Source: Acidobacteriota bacterium (GTDB lineage: Bacteria; Acidobacteriota; UBA890; WLXD01). From it: a stretch of DNA of 64,000 nt. Position 1 is the first letter of the stretch, and the number at the start of each line of letters is the position of its first letter. Location of the stretch: positions 256,001 through 320,000 of the forward strand of contig CAXWPL010000005.1 of assembly GCA_963666215.2 (NCBI GenBank), in the 5' to 3' direction. The position numbers and the translations under genes are program-made. A model generated the notes under the pieces. It ran no database searches. It was given only the letters and a program-made list of their open reading frames with translations, and was not told the DNA's origin. Positions 63,745 to 64,000 of the stretch are shown here, one piece after another.

Positions 63745-63900
63745 TCAGGCTCCGGGGAGCAGAAAGAGTAGCAGGATGATCAGAGCGCAGATGACGTCGT
63801 ATTGCCACGAACCACGGGGCCAGTTGAGGAACAGCCAACGTCCGGTCGAACCCCACATCGCCAACCCTCGGCGGGTGTCGGTTTGCGCGCGCTCTGTCAT
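63745..63900 (-). CDS. Small single-TM membrane protein (about 51 aa)
   Basis: Hand-translated MTERAQTDTRRGLAMWGSTGRWLFLNWPRGSWQYDVICALIILLLFLLPGA; alternative start at 63858. Confidence 0.6.
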   Translation of the reverse strand: MTERAQTDTRRGLAMWGSTGRWLFLNWPRGSWQYDVICALIILLLFLLPGA

Positions 63901-64000
63901 CGGATCGAATGCTTTCTCGGCGGCTTCTCGTACAGGTGCGGGTACGCGAGTCTATACGTTGGTCGCCAGATGCAGACTACATGCTGCGCGCGACAATGAA

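Overview
GC-rich bacterial chromosome segment. The gene families present (GWxTD protein, Oar-like TonB-dependent receptor, TPR-fused sulfatase-like proteins, CRTAC1/ASPIC-UnbV protein) suggest Acidobacteriota; this is an inference, not a classification. Much of the window is housekeeping: proS, aroK/aroA, accBC, rpmB, rel, tgt-yajC-secDF, thiL, cca, nrdR, folD, coaE and kdsB-pyrG-kdsA-kdsD-kdsC-lapB. Three accessory modules stand out. (1) A lipid cluster at 54.9-63.9 kb: lipid kinase, an unusual class II aldolase-domain protein, fatty acyl-AMP ligase and ACP running into the Kdo operon, divergent from inositol-phosphate synthase and a CDP-alcohol phosphotransferase, with a radical SAM gene nearby. 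This is the best candidate for an undescribed pathway. (2) A minimal bacterial microcompartment locus at 44.0-46.3 kb: an aldolase with a probable encapsulation peptide, one hexamer and three pentamers. (3) An envelope module at 4.8-20.8 kb: GWxTD protein, a TBDR with a sigma-54-type promoter, TPR proteins, CRTAC1 and Thr-type sulfatase-like proteins. Also seen: a chimeric pilN, two frameshifted genes, a CTAG-flanked MITE-like element, a G17 tract before secD, and two small ORFs missing from the ORF track. No rRNA, tRNA or CRISPR array was recognised. All calls come from motif reading by eye; no searches were run.
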